From NCBI GenBank assembly GCA_028534125.1, contig CM052832.1, positions 24,678,001 through 24,742,000 of the forward strand: a stretch of DNA of 64,000 nucleotides, written 5' to 3'. The notes beneath the pieces are model-generated. The model saw nothing but the letters and a program-made list of their open reading frames with translations. It was not told the origin of the DNA and ran no database searches. The number at the start of each line of letters is the position of its first letter. The first letter of the stretch is position 1. The stretch is from Lama glama. Taxonomy: Eukaryota. The position numbers and the translations under genes were made by a program. Below are positions 49,086-62,300 of this stretch, one piece after another.

Positions 49086-51750
49086 ACGAGGGACTAAGAA
49101 TTGTAAACAACAAAGACTGGCAGGAAAAAGCAAACAAAGCACACAATATTGATTAATCTGGTCCTAGGAATATGGAAAACCAGAAGGCCCCAGACAGGCT
49201 TCTTATACCATGGGCCAAAACAGTGGCTCATTGGCAGGCAGTGAATGGAGGAAATATTCTCGAGAAATCTTCTTATAAGACCACCGTATAGATCGGGAAG
49301 AAATACTTCAACAAGCCCTCTGAGGTAGCAGGTGAGAATCCCAAGGGACATGGTGTGGGCATAGCTGTCCGCATGAGGCAAGGGAGGAAGGATTTATTTT
49401 TAATTCGAGAATGGTGAGAGGAGGGGTGGGGGCATGTAGAGGAGCCTGAACTTGCCCGAACGCCCCTGTGCTGCAACTGCATGGCGTCTACAAAACCATC
49501 AGGGACGTTTGCCAGGGTTGAACTTCCTGCTGAAATGAGAGAAGAGACAGCTCGGCTAGCTGTTTAAGGTGATGCAGAATGGAGTCGGCAGGCCTGGAGG
49601 TGAGAGTTTTGAGGCTGAGGGACAGGAGGAAACAAGGTGCAAGAATTTGCAGAAATGATGAGGAAGGCTTTGCATTATCTCAGGCCATACAATTAGGGTT
49701 TCCACAAGGTTATCAGATCTCTGGGCACCAGGAGGCAGGGAGACTCTGCCGACCTCTTGATTACATGAGTGGGTCTAAGAAATTACATCCTTAGAGGAAA
49801 GTTTAATGTGCTTTCCTGTAGCTGGGTCTTTCCCTGTGCCAGGCACGGGTGCTTAGTTTGTTGAATTAACATCCATTGCTATCTTGGTATCCATTACATT
49901 CCTGAGTCATATTATTAATATGTATTGCTAAGATATATGTATACACACACACAATTTTTTTCCCCAGGAACTTATAATTTCATAGGACAGATAAGACAAG
50001 CTCACTGATAATACCAGTGCAAGGAAATACCTGAGACACAAAGATACCCTGAGATACAAAGATACGATAGAAGCTCAAAAGGAGAAGTAACTTCAGATTG
50101 GAAAGGACTCATGAAGGAGGCAGTGTTAGAGTCAGCTGGGCAGTGAAGCATGGGAAGAATTTCAACAGGTAGAGGTTTTAAGTGAGGGCTTTTCAAGTAT
50201 CTGGGATCATGACAGTAAAGAAATGGGGACACGGAGAGTCACGATGTTGAGTCAGATCTGTTGGGCACCTAGAGCAGAGGGAACATGCTTTCCTTCTTCT
50301 GGTTCTTGATCCCAGGAGTCTAACCATCAAACCATCCCTATTTGTCAGAAGACTCCAAACACATTCGTTGCCAAACTATGGCCAACACGTAATACTGGCT
50401 GCACTTGTTAGTCACTTTGTGACTGACCTAGACCTGGCGCTTTAATTTTTGACTCATTTCACCCATGTCCTTCAAGCTAAGCTTTGAAGACAAGTTCAGC
50501 TTTAATTTGTTACCTATGGACCTTAAAAAGGAGAATGGATCAAAACACCCCCTGATTACTTGTAATATTGACTGGCTTCTACCACATAAAGTTCACTACT
50601 CATTTGTTCATTCATTCATTCTTTATCAAATATTTATTGAACTTATTTATTGAGTCTGAGTGTTCTTATATAGAGCGCAGTGTATTACCGATAGTTCACA
50701 CTTTATATAGAGAGCCAGAACGATTGCCCAAACTAAACGCCCTTAGCCTTTGAGTTTTCAGATATTCTAAGATTATTAACGTAGGGACACCCTTTCCTCT
50801 TCTCCATAATACATAAGTATGTCAAGGCCACAGAAACTGACATTGCTTCCACCAAGCAAAAGGAAAGCATGTTGTCTTAAGCACTGTGGAAATTTTGTTG
50901 GAGAAAATCAGCAGAGTATCAAAGCAGGTCTCCCATCCGATCTTTCCTTCTGCCATCTGCACGAAATGAGCAGTTGTCCCTTTGGGCTTTTTGATGGTGC
51001 CAGGATTCAGTAAAATGTTGCCAAAGGCCCCAAATCAAGTTTGGGGGGGGGTTGAGGTTAGAGAGGTACCTCATTGCTCTGCTAACAGGGGAGATGTTAC
51101 AGCACACTTAATACTTCCAGCTAGAGTACCCCTTTTTCCTACCCCAGATTTCTAAGCACCAATGGTCTGTCCCTGGAAAGCTTGAAGATGTGCCAAAAGC
51201 TTTGTTTGTTTCCTTGCAAGTTTATGTTCCGAATTGAGTAATGAAATCTGCTCAAAGTCCATATGTCTGGAACCCAAGCTTTTGTTTGATGAACTCAGAT
51301 GGTCTGTGTTTCTGGAAATGATTCCACCCGAAAGCCAAATGAACAGCCTACTCTGCAATACATACTCTGCTTTCAAAAGCCTCATTATTTTTAAAGCATT
51401 TCCCCAAGTTCCCTCTGATGTGGCCCTTTTTTGAAATCCTTTGTGCAGAAACATAAGCCTCCATAAATAAAACTGAAAATTTTTCAAGTTGCTAAATTAT
51501 AGATGTAGTTTTTCATTGGTTCCAATACTGTTCCCTCTCTACTGCTGTGATAAGGTTGACCCTGTCATTCTTACTTGGCAAGTTTGGGCTCTATATTTTT
51601 TGGATTTTCAAATGCTGTCTCCATCCCCATTGTACACTTGGGCTTCTTTTCTGAAAGACATTTGTTTGGCCGTGAGCTTTATAAGGGCAGAATTTTGTTG
51701 CATAGATGAATGTTTGTTCCCCAAGCAGGAATCAGCCATCATTCTAAACA

Positions 51751-51788
51751 TTCCAATTCAATTCATTTCAATTCAACTCAATTCAATT
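51751..51788. repeat. (ATTCA)n pentanucleotide microsatellite, imperfect
   Basis: ttccaattcaattcatttcaattcaactcaattcaatt. Confidence 0.8.
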
Positions 51789-52715
51789 TTAATTTTTATA
51801 AATCAGTTATAGAATGGGAAACTGGACAAAGTGACCATACTTTTCTTTGACCTGAAGGGGTCCAGACCTGTTGGGAAGGTCCTGCCAGAGGAGCAACTTG
51901 GGTCACTATTACTGATCAAGCATATAGACTCTGAGCTGCAGGAAAGAGAGGACAGCCTTCAAGCTGTCCTTCCTTATCAGTTTTTCAACTTAAAGAATTG
52001 TTAACTCTTCGTGCTTTCTGTAGTATGGAGGTGAAGAGGGAGGCTGATCTTCTAGAAAGGGTAGTTTAATGCTAAAATGGAAAAACCATCAGGGAATCCA
52101 GGCTTTTTGGTAATGTAGGAACATGCAGACACAGACTGCAGTCTATCCAGGCAAATCCCCCTACACAGGGATGTTACTGTCTCCAGCAAGTTCAAGATCA
52201 GGCCATCTCACGAACATGAGATTAGCATAGGCCCAAACAACATAACTTTAATTCCACAGGAAAGCTAGACCTCATTACACAGAACCACAGGAAGGAAGAA
52301 GGTTGGGAGAGAGAGCTGTATTCAGCGGTGATTGTCAAAGGACAAGAGTCAGGAGCAACATCCCCAGTCAGAGGACACTCTGGGCTCCCCTGAATCTCTC
52401 ACATAAGAATGTGTGTCTTTGTTTCTGTGTGTAGAGCAGTATTTCTGATTGCATGTTTTAAAGGGGTGCCTGGGAACTGGTGCATTTTGAAGTACTAGGA
52501 GCGCATAAGATGAAAACACCATGTTCCTTAGAGCAGGCTATCCCACAGAGCCCATGAGTCCATTGCTTTATGCTGTGCCTAGCAATCTCCCAAATGGTTA
52601 TAATTAACTGTAATGAGCCTGACCACCAATCACCATCATCATAGAAGAGCAAACACTCCCTTTGAAACCCTGGAGGAATGCTGGGTCTTCACAGAATAAA
52701 GTCCGAGGTACTTTT

Positions 52716-52875
52716 TTTTTTTTTTAAGGATATTTATTTTACTTATTTATTTTAAGGGGGGAGGTAATCAGATTTGCTTATTTATTTATTTTTTAACTGA
52801 GGTACTGGGGATTGCACCCAGGACCTCATGCACTCTGAGCACACGCTCTACCACTGAGCTATACCCTCCCCTCCT
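52716..52875 (-). mobile_element. Full-length tRNA-derived camelid SINE (Vic-1-like) with 16-bp TSD
   Basis: Reverse strand reads GGGGAGGGTATAGCTCAGTGGTAGAGCGTG...GGTCCTGGGTGCAATCCCCAGTACCTC, then an AT-rich body and poly(A). TSD agtccgaggtactttt (52700-52715) / agtcccaggtactttt (52876-52891). Confidence 0.93.
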
Positions 52876-54250
52876 AGTCCCAGGTACTTTTCAAGCGTTT
52901 TTATTCCTGCTTCCTCCTACCCTCAAACCTACACTCCCCCCCCCAAAAAGGAATCAAAATTCTTAAGCATTTCTGTTTGGAACCACTTTACTAGACCTAA
53001 GCCTATATAAGTTTTAGCTCAAGGGCCTCAATTTTCACAGTGTAATTTAAATAGATTCTGAATTGAAGTTTTCTTAATGACAAACACACAGTCTGGATAG
53101 CCCTTAAAGGATGAAAAAGGGTTATTCTAATAAGAGTTATTCTTGAAATTAGCACCAAGGCAATGGATGCTTTGGGACCCAACTAGCTTCTACTTTCTCC
53201 CTTCTGGCTTCCCTTATAGGCTGCAAAGTTTCCCTTACAACAAGCAACCTGTCCTCGGTCAAACTCATTGACTTTCAGGGCTTGTCTTGGCTTACCCATG
53301 GTTGAGGAGACATCTCTGAGAATCTCTCTTTGCATAGGACTGGTCTTTCTGTTATTGTCCTAGTCTAGGCTTAGAACCACCAAGTATCACTCAAGAGACC
53401 CTCACCTTCATATGATTCCAACACAATCAATGCCATTCTCATCCAATTGAGATTCATTTGACCCTATCTGACATCCATGTGACACTTTTTTCTCTGTTAT
53501 CCAGGATTTGTCACAAACATATAACCCGCCCATACCTCTCCTGTCGCATTTTTCTCGCCATTCGCACTTTGATTAATTTCAAAGAGATGCCTCCAACCTA
53601 CTGTCTGTTGCTTTTCTAAATTGCTTATTTCTAAAGTATACTAATTCTTTCCAACCCTGGTTGCTTTCATCTAAGGAGGTCTGAATGTTTTTCCTGTAAA
53701 TGAAAGAAACATGCTGAGCTTCCATCTGAGAATCCTGGGCCCCAAGGCAGTTAATTACTAGCAGTGTCTCAGTGAACTGTATTGTCCTGGTGTTGCAAAG
53801 AAGCACATTGGGTGGGAGGCAATTTTCTTGAGTGGAAAGATGAATACTCTGTGGTCCCTGGAGCCAACTCTGCCACTAGCATTACTATAAAAGGAGAGAC
53901 GTTCTAACCACAGTAGACTATTCGATACCCCACCATCGTCCCAGTCACAAAAGCCAGCAAACCTGGCAAAAGCACACACTTTCCAGTTATATGCAACGAA
54001 AACCATCTGCAGGCAGTTCATTTTGAAATCTTCCAATTGGGAAGAAAACTAGTTTTTGAAGTCTACTGGTTAATTTTGCTCACTAACCTCAAATCGCTTT
54101 GGATGTTGAGCAGTCATTCATTACACCACACACAGCTCCCAGAAGACACAGGAGGTCTGCATGCCCTCCCCTTCCTCATGGTCCAAGGAGCCCATCCATA
54201 GGCATTGCTCCATTCAGCTCCACTCACAGCAGGCTGCTGGGGCAAGAGGC

Positions 54251-54270
54251 TGGACCACCAGGTGGCGCTG
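54251..54270 (+). promoter_or_regulatory. CTCF motif, near-perfect
   Basis: TGGACCACCAGGTGGCGCTG; the core CCACCAGGTGGCGC fits the consensus at all 14 positions. Confidence 0.7.
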
Positions 54271-54309
54271 TAATGATGTGGTCCTCCGATGGTCATTTAT
54301 TTTATTATA

Positions 54310-56200
54310 TTTTAAAATAAAACATCTTATTTTAGTAAGAGACTGTTTAAGCTGATAACAACTTAATTTTGAACATAGACAAAGCTCTGCATTTATACAC
54401 TGCCCTCTATCTTGTGATTTTGATGTCACAGTTTACATCTTTTTTACACTGTATATTCATCAACAAATTATTCTAATTCTAGTTCTAGTTAAAGTTAATA
54501 CTTTTGTCTTCTAACTTTCATACTAGAGTTGTAAGTAGTTTATTCACCACCAATATGACATTAAAGTGTCAGAATTTAACTATACGTTGACCTCTATCAA
54601 TGAGTTATAGACTTTGATAAGTTTTCCTGTTACTAATTAGCATCTTTTTGTTTCAGCTTGAAGAATTCCCTTTAATTGTTCTCATAAGCCCCGTCTAATG
54701 GTGATTAAACTCCTTCAGCTTTTGCTTTTCTGGAAAACTCTTTGTCTCTCCTTCAACTCTGAAGGACAAGCTTGCCTGATAGTGTATTCTTGGTTAGCAG
54801 TTTTTTCTTTTGACACTTTGAATATATCATCCCCCTCCCTTCTGGCCTGTAAAGTTTCTGCTGAAAAATCTGCTAATAGTCTAATGAGACTTATATTATG
54901 TACTATTGTATTATGAACTTATATGGAGCAAGTTGCTTTTTTCTTGTTTTAAAAATTCTCTCCTTGTCTTTAACTTTTGAAAATTATTATGTGTCTTGAT
55001 GTGGGTCTGCTAGGAGTCATCTTGTTCAGAACTTCTGAGCTTCCTGGATCTATCTTCCCTAGGTAGGGATGTTTTCAGCCATTCTTTCTTTGAATAAGCT
55101 TTCTGCCCCTTTCTCTTTTTCTTCACCTTCTGGGGCCCCTGTAACGTATATATTAGTCTGCTTGATGGTGTCCCATAGTCTCTCATGCTTTCTTCACTCT
55201 TTTTTATTCTTTTTCCTTTTTGCTTCTCTGATTGGATGAATTCCACTGCCCTGTCTTTGCGTTTGCTAATCCTTTCTTCCTCTTGATTTAGTTTGCTATT
55301 GAACATCTCTATTGAATTTTCCGGTTCAGTTATTGTATTCTTCAGCTCTGTGATTTGGTACTTTTTAATGTTTTCTGTCTCTTTGTTGAAAGTCTTACTT
55401 TGTTCATGCATTATTTTCTTGACCATGGTGAGCATCTTTATGACCATTATTTTCAACACTCTATCAGGTAGATCAATTGATATCTGTTTAATTAAGGTCC
55501 GTTTCTGGAGTTTTATCTTGTTTTTTTTGTTTGGAACATATCCCTCTCTTTACTTTCCTTAACTCTCTGCATTGGCTTCTATGCATGAGATAAAACAGCT
55601 ACCTCTTCCAGTCTTGACAGACTGGTTTTATGTAGAAGTGAACCTCGTCAATCAGCTTCGCCCAAGCTCTTGGTTGTCTTTCAAATCTCTGTGATTATCC
55701 AAGATGCTTTCTTTGTTCTTGGTGCCTCTCACTCACTGAGGGCGTGCCAAGGCTTGTGTGTGTCCCAAAAGAGAGAATCACAGTCATCACCTAGATACTG
55801 GTTGACTGGAACTCAGACTTTCAGACAGCAGCTTGAAAAGTATGTAATTAGACCCCTTCCAGGGAGATGGAGAGTTTTGCTTGCTCTCTTTGGGACTGGC
55901 CCAGGTGGATAGCCATGGCGAGTGGTGCTCCTGTGCTTGTTAAGAACTGCTTCTTTGTTTGCTACAGTCCTGTGGGATTCATAAATGCAAGCCCTGCTGG
56001 CAATCCAAAGCTCGTTCCTTACACAAAAGCCAGGGCACCCAACATGTGTATAAGCTCCTTCCAGGGAAATACTGGTGACGTGGAAAGGGCAAGAGGCAGA
56101 GAGCAGGGGAGGTATCCACAGGCTTCCCTGGTCTCCTGGGAGGATCCCAGTGGTCATTGCTTAAGTAGCTATGGATTGGTGAGCTTCCTACAAAGTGGAT
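54310..56200 (-). mobile_element. Old L1 5' region with ORF1 remnant
   Basis: ORF 55010-55459 (ELKNTITEPENSIEMFNSKLNQEEERISKRKDRAVEFIQSEKQKGKRIKKSEESMRD) is a decayed L1 ORF1p coiled coil. Also cttctggcctgtaaagtttctgctgaaaaatctgct. The 5' boundary is uncertain. Confidence 0.85.
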
Positions 56201-59200
56201 AACAACCTGCTCCCTTGGCCACAAGTTCTAACACCCATGCAGAAATGCAGAAAGCAGTCAATTCTAGAATCTCCACCAGAAGGTCTATTTGGTTGTGGAA
56301 AGGGTCCTGGTGTCCAATGGCTCAGAACCAGCCTTTTTGCTGGCATTCCACAGAGACAAAGCCCACCCAAACCCAGAGTAGACCTAAGATGGTCTCAGTC
56401 ACTAGCAACCTTAGTCTTAATTGATGGTTGTGAAGATGCAAAATGGACTGACACCCTTACTGAGAGGCAAAGGCTGAATCACAGAAGACATATTTCTTTT
56501 AAAGTATAATGTAGAGGAAAAAGAGACCCTTTCTTTCTCTTTTTTCCCCCTTTTCTTTCTCTCAAATATCTCAGATGGGAGGTTTTTGATTTGATTCCTA
56601 TACATTAAAAGAAAATGACTCCTTTTTTCAATCGAATAAAATCATGGGAGACATATTAAATCTGCATCCTCTGATCTTGTCTAAATACATCAAGAATGAA
56701 CCAGGAGTCTAGGTTCTAGGATATAAAAAATCGTGCAGTAGGATTCTACAATTGCAAAAAGGTTGGAGCCCAACGTTTTTGTTGCTGTTTGCCTCTTACA
56801 TCACCCTCTACCAGGAAGCAACATGATGGCATTAATGACTGCCTCTCTGGAGCAGGTGTTGAACATATGTTCTTCAAAATGTAGCTGCTGGTACAGGAAG
56901 CGGCAACTTACACTTGAGTCAGGAATATTCTTGGAATAGCCTCTTTTTCCAGCTGGTCTTCCCATTCCTTGATCTATTTTATGTTTGAGAGGTTGGAAAC
57001 TGTCTCTTTTCTGAGAATCATCTGTTTCTCCCAGGGATTTAATATTATATCAGTTCAATATGGTAATGGAAAAACCATAATATGCATAGGACTTTACAGT
57101 CACTTGAGCAATATTTTTTCCTTGTTTTTGCAGTTCAGCTCAATGACCTCTAGGTGGTGGTAAAGGTTCCAACCATTTTTTATGACCAGCTTGAATAACT
57201 AGTCCTCAAACTGCTCTATAGGATCTTAAAGAGTTAATCAACAGGACTTGGATGAGGTTGACTGTTGTCTTGTGGTTTCAGTATTATCTTTCCCCCTCTG
57301 ATTCTCAGTAAAATGTGTTGTGCATGTCAAGGAGCTCTGAAAGCCAAGCATGAAATTGAGAGCAAGGCTTGGAAAATGTTTTTTTTTTAAGTTTAGATTT
57401 CACTTTTAAGGCAACACATTTCAAACCAAATTCAAACATCTTCAAGTTTTGATCTGTTTTGAGTGAATAAAATATATTTTCATGTTTATGATGGAAAGAT
57501 TTTTGGTCATCAACTCCCATTAGCTGGGCATCAGTTTGATGAGTAAAGGAAAAAGCATATAGGTTAGACTTCTTACAGAATATACTTTTTTTTTTTAATT
57601 TTGGAGGGAAAAATGCTTAAGAAGCATATCTTCCTAAGCGTGTTTAGGCTCCCCCAAAAAATGGTTTTCAAAGAACAGTTGACAATAGTTGTTCACAAAC
57701 ACTTGTGTCCCCATTTCTTCTTCAACTTCAATTTAGGAAAGGAGCAGATATAATATACACGCTGTCTTTCTAGAGGTCAGCCTGTCCCAGGACACCAGTT
57801 CCAAAACGCAGCCCTAGATACGCTGTGAAGATCTTCACCTCTTTCTCCGCAGGTGTGAGCAACAAGACTCTAACTAGCACTTCTCACTGAGTCTTAAGCT
57901 ATGTACTGGGAAGGGTTTGACCCTTTCAGGCTTTAGATAATGACTCCAGTTCCCCTCAGGAATTAGGACAGGGAACACCCTACATTGAGTACCAGCCTTC
58001 ACTTGTTAATCTTATTTGTTAACTAGACCAGAACAATTGTTATTCATTTCAGCCAACTTCATTCTAAAAAACAATAGCTGTAGCCAAATTAATTGTATGC
58101 ATGGCAAGCTATAACCGCTAATAAAGTGATCAGATTGAATGTGTCATTCCACAGATGGTTCTTGATCACCTACTCTGTGCAAAGCCCTCTGCTGAGATTT
58201 GCTGGCCAGGCTGCTGTTTTCTGCTTATACAAGTAACAACTCTGATCCCAAAGTTCCCTCCCTTCCCCCACCCTCAAGGGATAATGGAGTAAACCATTTA
58301 TGAGTCAATAAAGTGAATCAGTCTGCTGTAGCTTTTCCAAATATAGCAGAGCTGAAATGAAATAAATAATAGGTTTTGTTAAGGGAAAAAGCAGAGGGAG
58401 AGAGAAGTGCAGGATAGGGACTCCCTGGGTTTATAGAAAATTTATAAATAGGGGAGGACAAGAAGAGACTGGAAAATATAAAAGCAGGGAGAAAGACATA
58501 GAAAGTGATAGACGGGTGAATCTCAAAGGTAATGACCTCTGTGTTGGCCATTTTCTCCCATGCTAGTTCTCATTTCACACCTCATGTATGCTTTTTTAGA
58601 GACTTTAAAAATTATACATGCACGAGAAAGAAAAAAATACACTAGTTGATATAGGATTGCCATTTTAAGGACAGTTTAAAATAGAAGTTTAAAATAGATG
58701 TTTAAAAGCTTTCAGCTAATTTTCCTAGGCAAGTGAGTCTTTCATATAACACAAGGCAACATCAAAATCTTATAGGCTGAACTGGAACATCTATACCTGG
58801 TTTTCTCTAAGGAAAACAAGTTATCTCTCCCAAAGGACCTAGTCAAACATCTTTGAGAATGAGTCATTCCATCCCTGAGGATATGTAAAGCTGCACCCCT
58901 CAGGCAACCAGGGAAGAAGGGAATTAACCTAAATGTATTTCCATGAAAGTAGAAATATATAGGAATCCAGTTTTACTGAAATGGTTGAACTATGCCATTT
59001 ACTTCATGCAGTCTCATTGGAGCTGCAGGTTGGTTTCATAAAGCATACAAATGGTGCCTACAACACAGTATCTACTTTTCCACATCAGCAAACTCTTTCA
59101 GACTTTCTCTCTTCCACCCAGTCTTCTGCCTCCAGAATCTTTCCAACTACATCTACTTACTGTTGGGGGAAGGGGGTCCATAATACTTTAATGTGGACCT

Positions 59201-59260
59201 GTTAGATGTCGTGGATTCCCATTTAGCTTTTAGCCCTGAATTCTGTGTGTGTTCTGTGTA

Positions 59261-59266
<6 letters not shown>

Positions 59267-59292
<26 letters not shown>
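59267..59292. repeat. (TG)n microsatellite
   Basis: About 13 TG units. Confidence 0.9.
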
Positions 59293-59529
59293 AGTGCGTG
59301 CACACGTGTGTATTCAGAAACTGGCCTGGACCTTCTTTTCCTCTGGGAAAAGACAGAAGTTCTTGGAACCTCTGGCCCTGAAATTATGATGGGGACCAGT
59401 CACTAAAAATGATGAGCTGCATACAAGTTTTGAAGAAGGAAGGGAGGATTCAGAGAAATGAACGTTTACTAAGCGCCTGCGAAGAACTTCGGTATGCTGT
59501 TCATTTGTTGTCACAGCAAAGCAGAGTGT

Positions 59530-59880
59530 GACAACTACAAGAAGGTGGACTTTGGAGCGGGCAGACTGAGCTGGATTCCTCGCTGAGCAGCCTTACTAAC
59601 CTACTGACCTCAGGCAAGTTACTCATGGGCATTAGAGTCCTTGGCTGAAAAACAGGGTTCTTACAACAATCCAATTTCATACTGTTGGATGGAGAATTGA
59701 ATGTTTTAGAGGCACACCATGAAGTATATATTTCAATTTCCTGCTTTTCAATTTTTTCTGGTTTTTTTCCTGATGAGAAACCTGACGCTTTAAGACGTAA
59801 AGTTGCCCAAAGTAGGAAAGGTCATAAATGGCAGAGGTAGAATTTAATTCCAGGTTTCTAAGATTCCAGAGCACATACAC
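59530..59880. mobile_element. MIR fragments
   Basis: ggactttggagc...gacctcaggcaagttac, and gatgagaaacctga...ttgcccaa...aaatggcagaggtagaatttaattccagg. Confidence 0.6.
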
Positions 59881-61229
59881 CACTCACCACTGTACTGTCT
59901 GAGGTGTTCACGTTTCTCCTAGAGCCAAGGCTTTGACCACAAAGGTTGTGGAATCCCCAGCACCACAGCAGGCCGGGCTGGGGGGTCACACTCCTCATTC
60001 ACCCAACTCCCCTGAAACAGCAGATCTTAGTAGAAACCCAAGCATCTCTTTCCATTTCTCTCCCATTCTAATTCAAGAGATGCCCTTTGTTTTAGAAGTA
60101 ACATCATGAGGGCAGGTTCCTTGACCTGCTACTGTTTTCCTTTGACTAACCAGGAATCTGTAACCCAAGTGCAGCCAGGGGGGATAGAGGAGGTGCTGGG
60201 TGCTGACGAAGGTGGGGAGTACGAGCAAAGTCCCCCATGGGGCACAGAGGCCCCCAGGAGGGGCTCCTTGGAGAGACTGTAGTTAAGCCTGCTTTGCAGC
60301 AGGCATCACGAAAGGCTCTGCGGAGTGTTCTAGAAAACCTCTTCCAGCCCTTTCTGTGGGCTCTTCGTGGCCAGACCTGACCTTGCTTAAGAAGGAAGAA
60401 AAGATTAACTCCCTAGAATTTGAGAGAACTGAACTGATAATCGGTCCATAATGGGAGAGGAAACTTAGGGTGTGTGGACAACAGTCTTAATTTTTCGAGG
60501 TCACCTCTCTATCAGGTTGGGGAGTGTGGACCAGGGATCTGAATCAACTCGCAAGTTGGGAACCAGCTCAGCATTTCCTTCTCAACAATGCTGGTCCTTT
60601 GCTTTTTCTTGAAACCATCTGGGGACTGAGGGGCCAATGGGATAGGAAGGGAAAGGAGAGAGGGGCCTGGAGTTGGCAAGGAGCCTGCTGTGCTGTTTTA
60701 GAATCAACATTGCAGGTTGTTTGTGTTAAGCTTGTGGGAAGTAATCTAAACAGACTTTTTTTTTTTTAACTTGTGGCTGGACGGATGGCAAGCAGGAGTA
60801 GGGTGGGGTAAGTGAGTAAAATTAGGTTATTTTAAAAAACCAGATGCTGCTGTAAAGAAGAGGATGCTTTGTGTAGACAAATGCTGATTGCATGAAACTC
60901 AGGACCTCGGTGCTTCTATTTAAAACTCTGGAAAATACATAGGTGGTTCTGCTTGTATTCTGGGATTTGTTGCTATCTTTTCAACCCTCCAGACAAATTA
61001 GGGGGTGACCTGCTGGACCGGTGGGGTCTGTGGGAAAGAAGGGAAACAGCTCCCAACATCAAGGACAGTCACCTTTTCAAAAAAAGGAGAACATAGTCTG
61101 TGTAATCTGTTGTCCTTGAGTTTCAGCTCAAAAGCTTTACTTCACTGCATCCAAGTTAAAAAAGAAAAAAAAAAACGAACAAAAGATTTGTGTGTCCATT
61201 ATGAGGGGATGGAGTAACATGTTCAGTGA

Positions 61230-62300
61230 TGTCAAGAGGATATAGACAGTAAAATCTAGACTGTGGGAAAATTCCAGCTTGCCCAGACAGTGAAGAAACG
61301 ACCGGGTTTCTCTTAGAAAAAGTTGTGCAATGCAAGAGAGGTGTGGAGCTCCGCTCGCACTCTGGAGTCATAAAACCCCCACTCCTGTGCCCCCTGTGTG
61401 CCTGGAGCCATTGACACCTTAACCCCCACTCCTCCCTGCAGGACCCTCCGCATAGCTGCATTTCTGCAGGATAAAAACATCTCTGGATGTGTGTTTACCC
61501 TGGCAGGCTCATTGCCCCAGGAGACAGCCTGGCTCACAATACCCTAGGCCTCACACCCTGCTCTTATCAAAGTCGTAAAACCTGTTGTTCAGAGAAGTCC
61601 TGAAAGATTTTACAACCAATCAGGTACCTGTGCACAAACTGAACATGCAGCCCCCACTCCTTGTGTGCACAGCCCCTCCCCCCAGTGACAGACCCTGCAC
61701 GCCCACCCTCAGCGCTCACGCAGGCACCTCTCGCCTGTGTGGCCAGCTGTTGCCCATAGCAGCATCCCTGTTAAACTTTGCTAAACTCTTCTCGGCCTCT
61801 GGTAATTCTTTACCAACCCGTGTCCCTGGCCCGCCCACAACAAGAGGTAGGAAGAGAGAATTTTATAAATCAAAGAGACTTAAGAGATATGTCAAACAAT
61901 TGCAATGTATGGATCTTATTCTGATCCAGATTAAAACAAAATATGAAAATAAATGAGTAAAAAATACAAAAAATATTTGAGGCAATGGGCAAATCTGAAC
62001 ACTGGATATTTGAATGTATTAAGGAATTACTGTCCATCTGTGAGATGTGATAACAATAGTGGTTATGTTTTTAAAGAGTCCTACTCTTTCAGAGATGCAG
62101 ATCTTTCTAGATGCGATTGAAGTCTTGGATTTGTTTCAGAATAAAGGGGCAGGCAGAGGGAAGGTGTTCAGGGAGCGTTTGGGAGTATATGTCAATGAGA
62201 TTGGCCTTAAGGGGATATTTGCTGAGGCTGGGGGTTCACTATACATACAATTGTCTCTATTTTTATATACTATTGAAATATTCCATAATAAAATGCTAAA
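61230..62300 (+). mobile_element. L1MC/L1ME 3' end split by the LTR above
   Basis: aaaatctagactgtgggaaa before the LTR; aagagacttaagagatatgtcaa...tgcaatgtatggatctt...attaaggaattactg...ttccataataaaa after it. Confidence 0.75.
61342..61842 (+). mobile_element. ERVL-class solo LTR (MER74-like) with perfect 5-bp TSD AGAGG
   Basis: TG...CA termini (tgtggag... / ...cccacaaca), AGAGG at 61337-61341 and 61843-61847, a CCAAT at ~61616, and 3' motif ctctggtaattctttaccaacccg. Confidence 0.8.

Noticed and set aside
51949..51970. Perfect 8-bp hairpin AGGACAGC-cttcaa-GCTGTCCT
   Set aside because: Too short for a pre-miRNA, and expected by chance in a window this size.
55010..55459. 149-aa coiled-coil ORF as a possible host gene
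   Set aside because: It is a decayed L1 ORF1p fragment, frameshifted after ...SMRD and embedded in L1 sequence.
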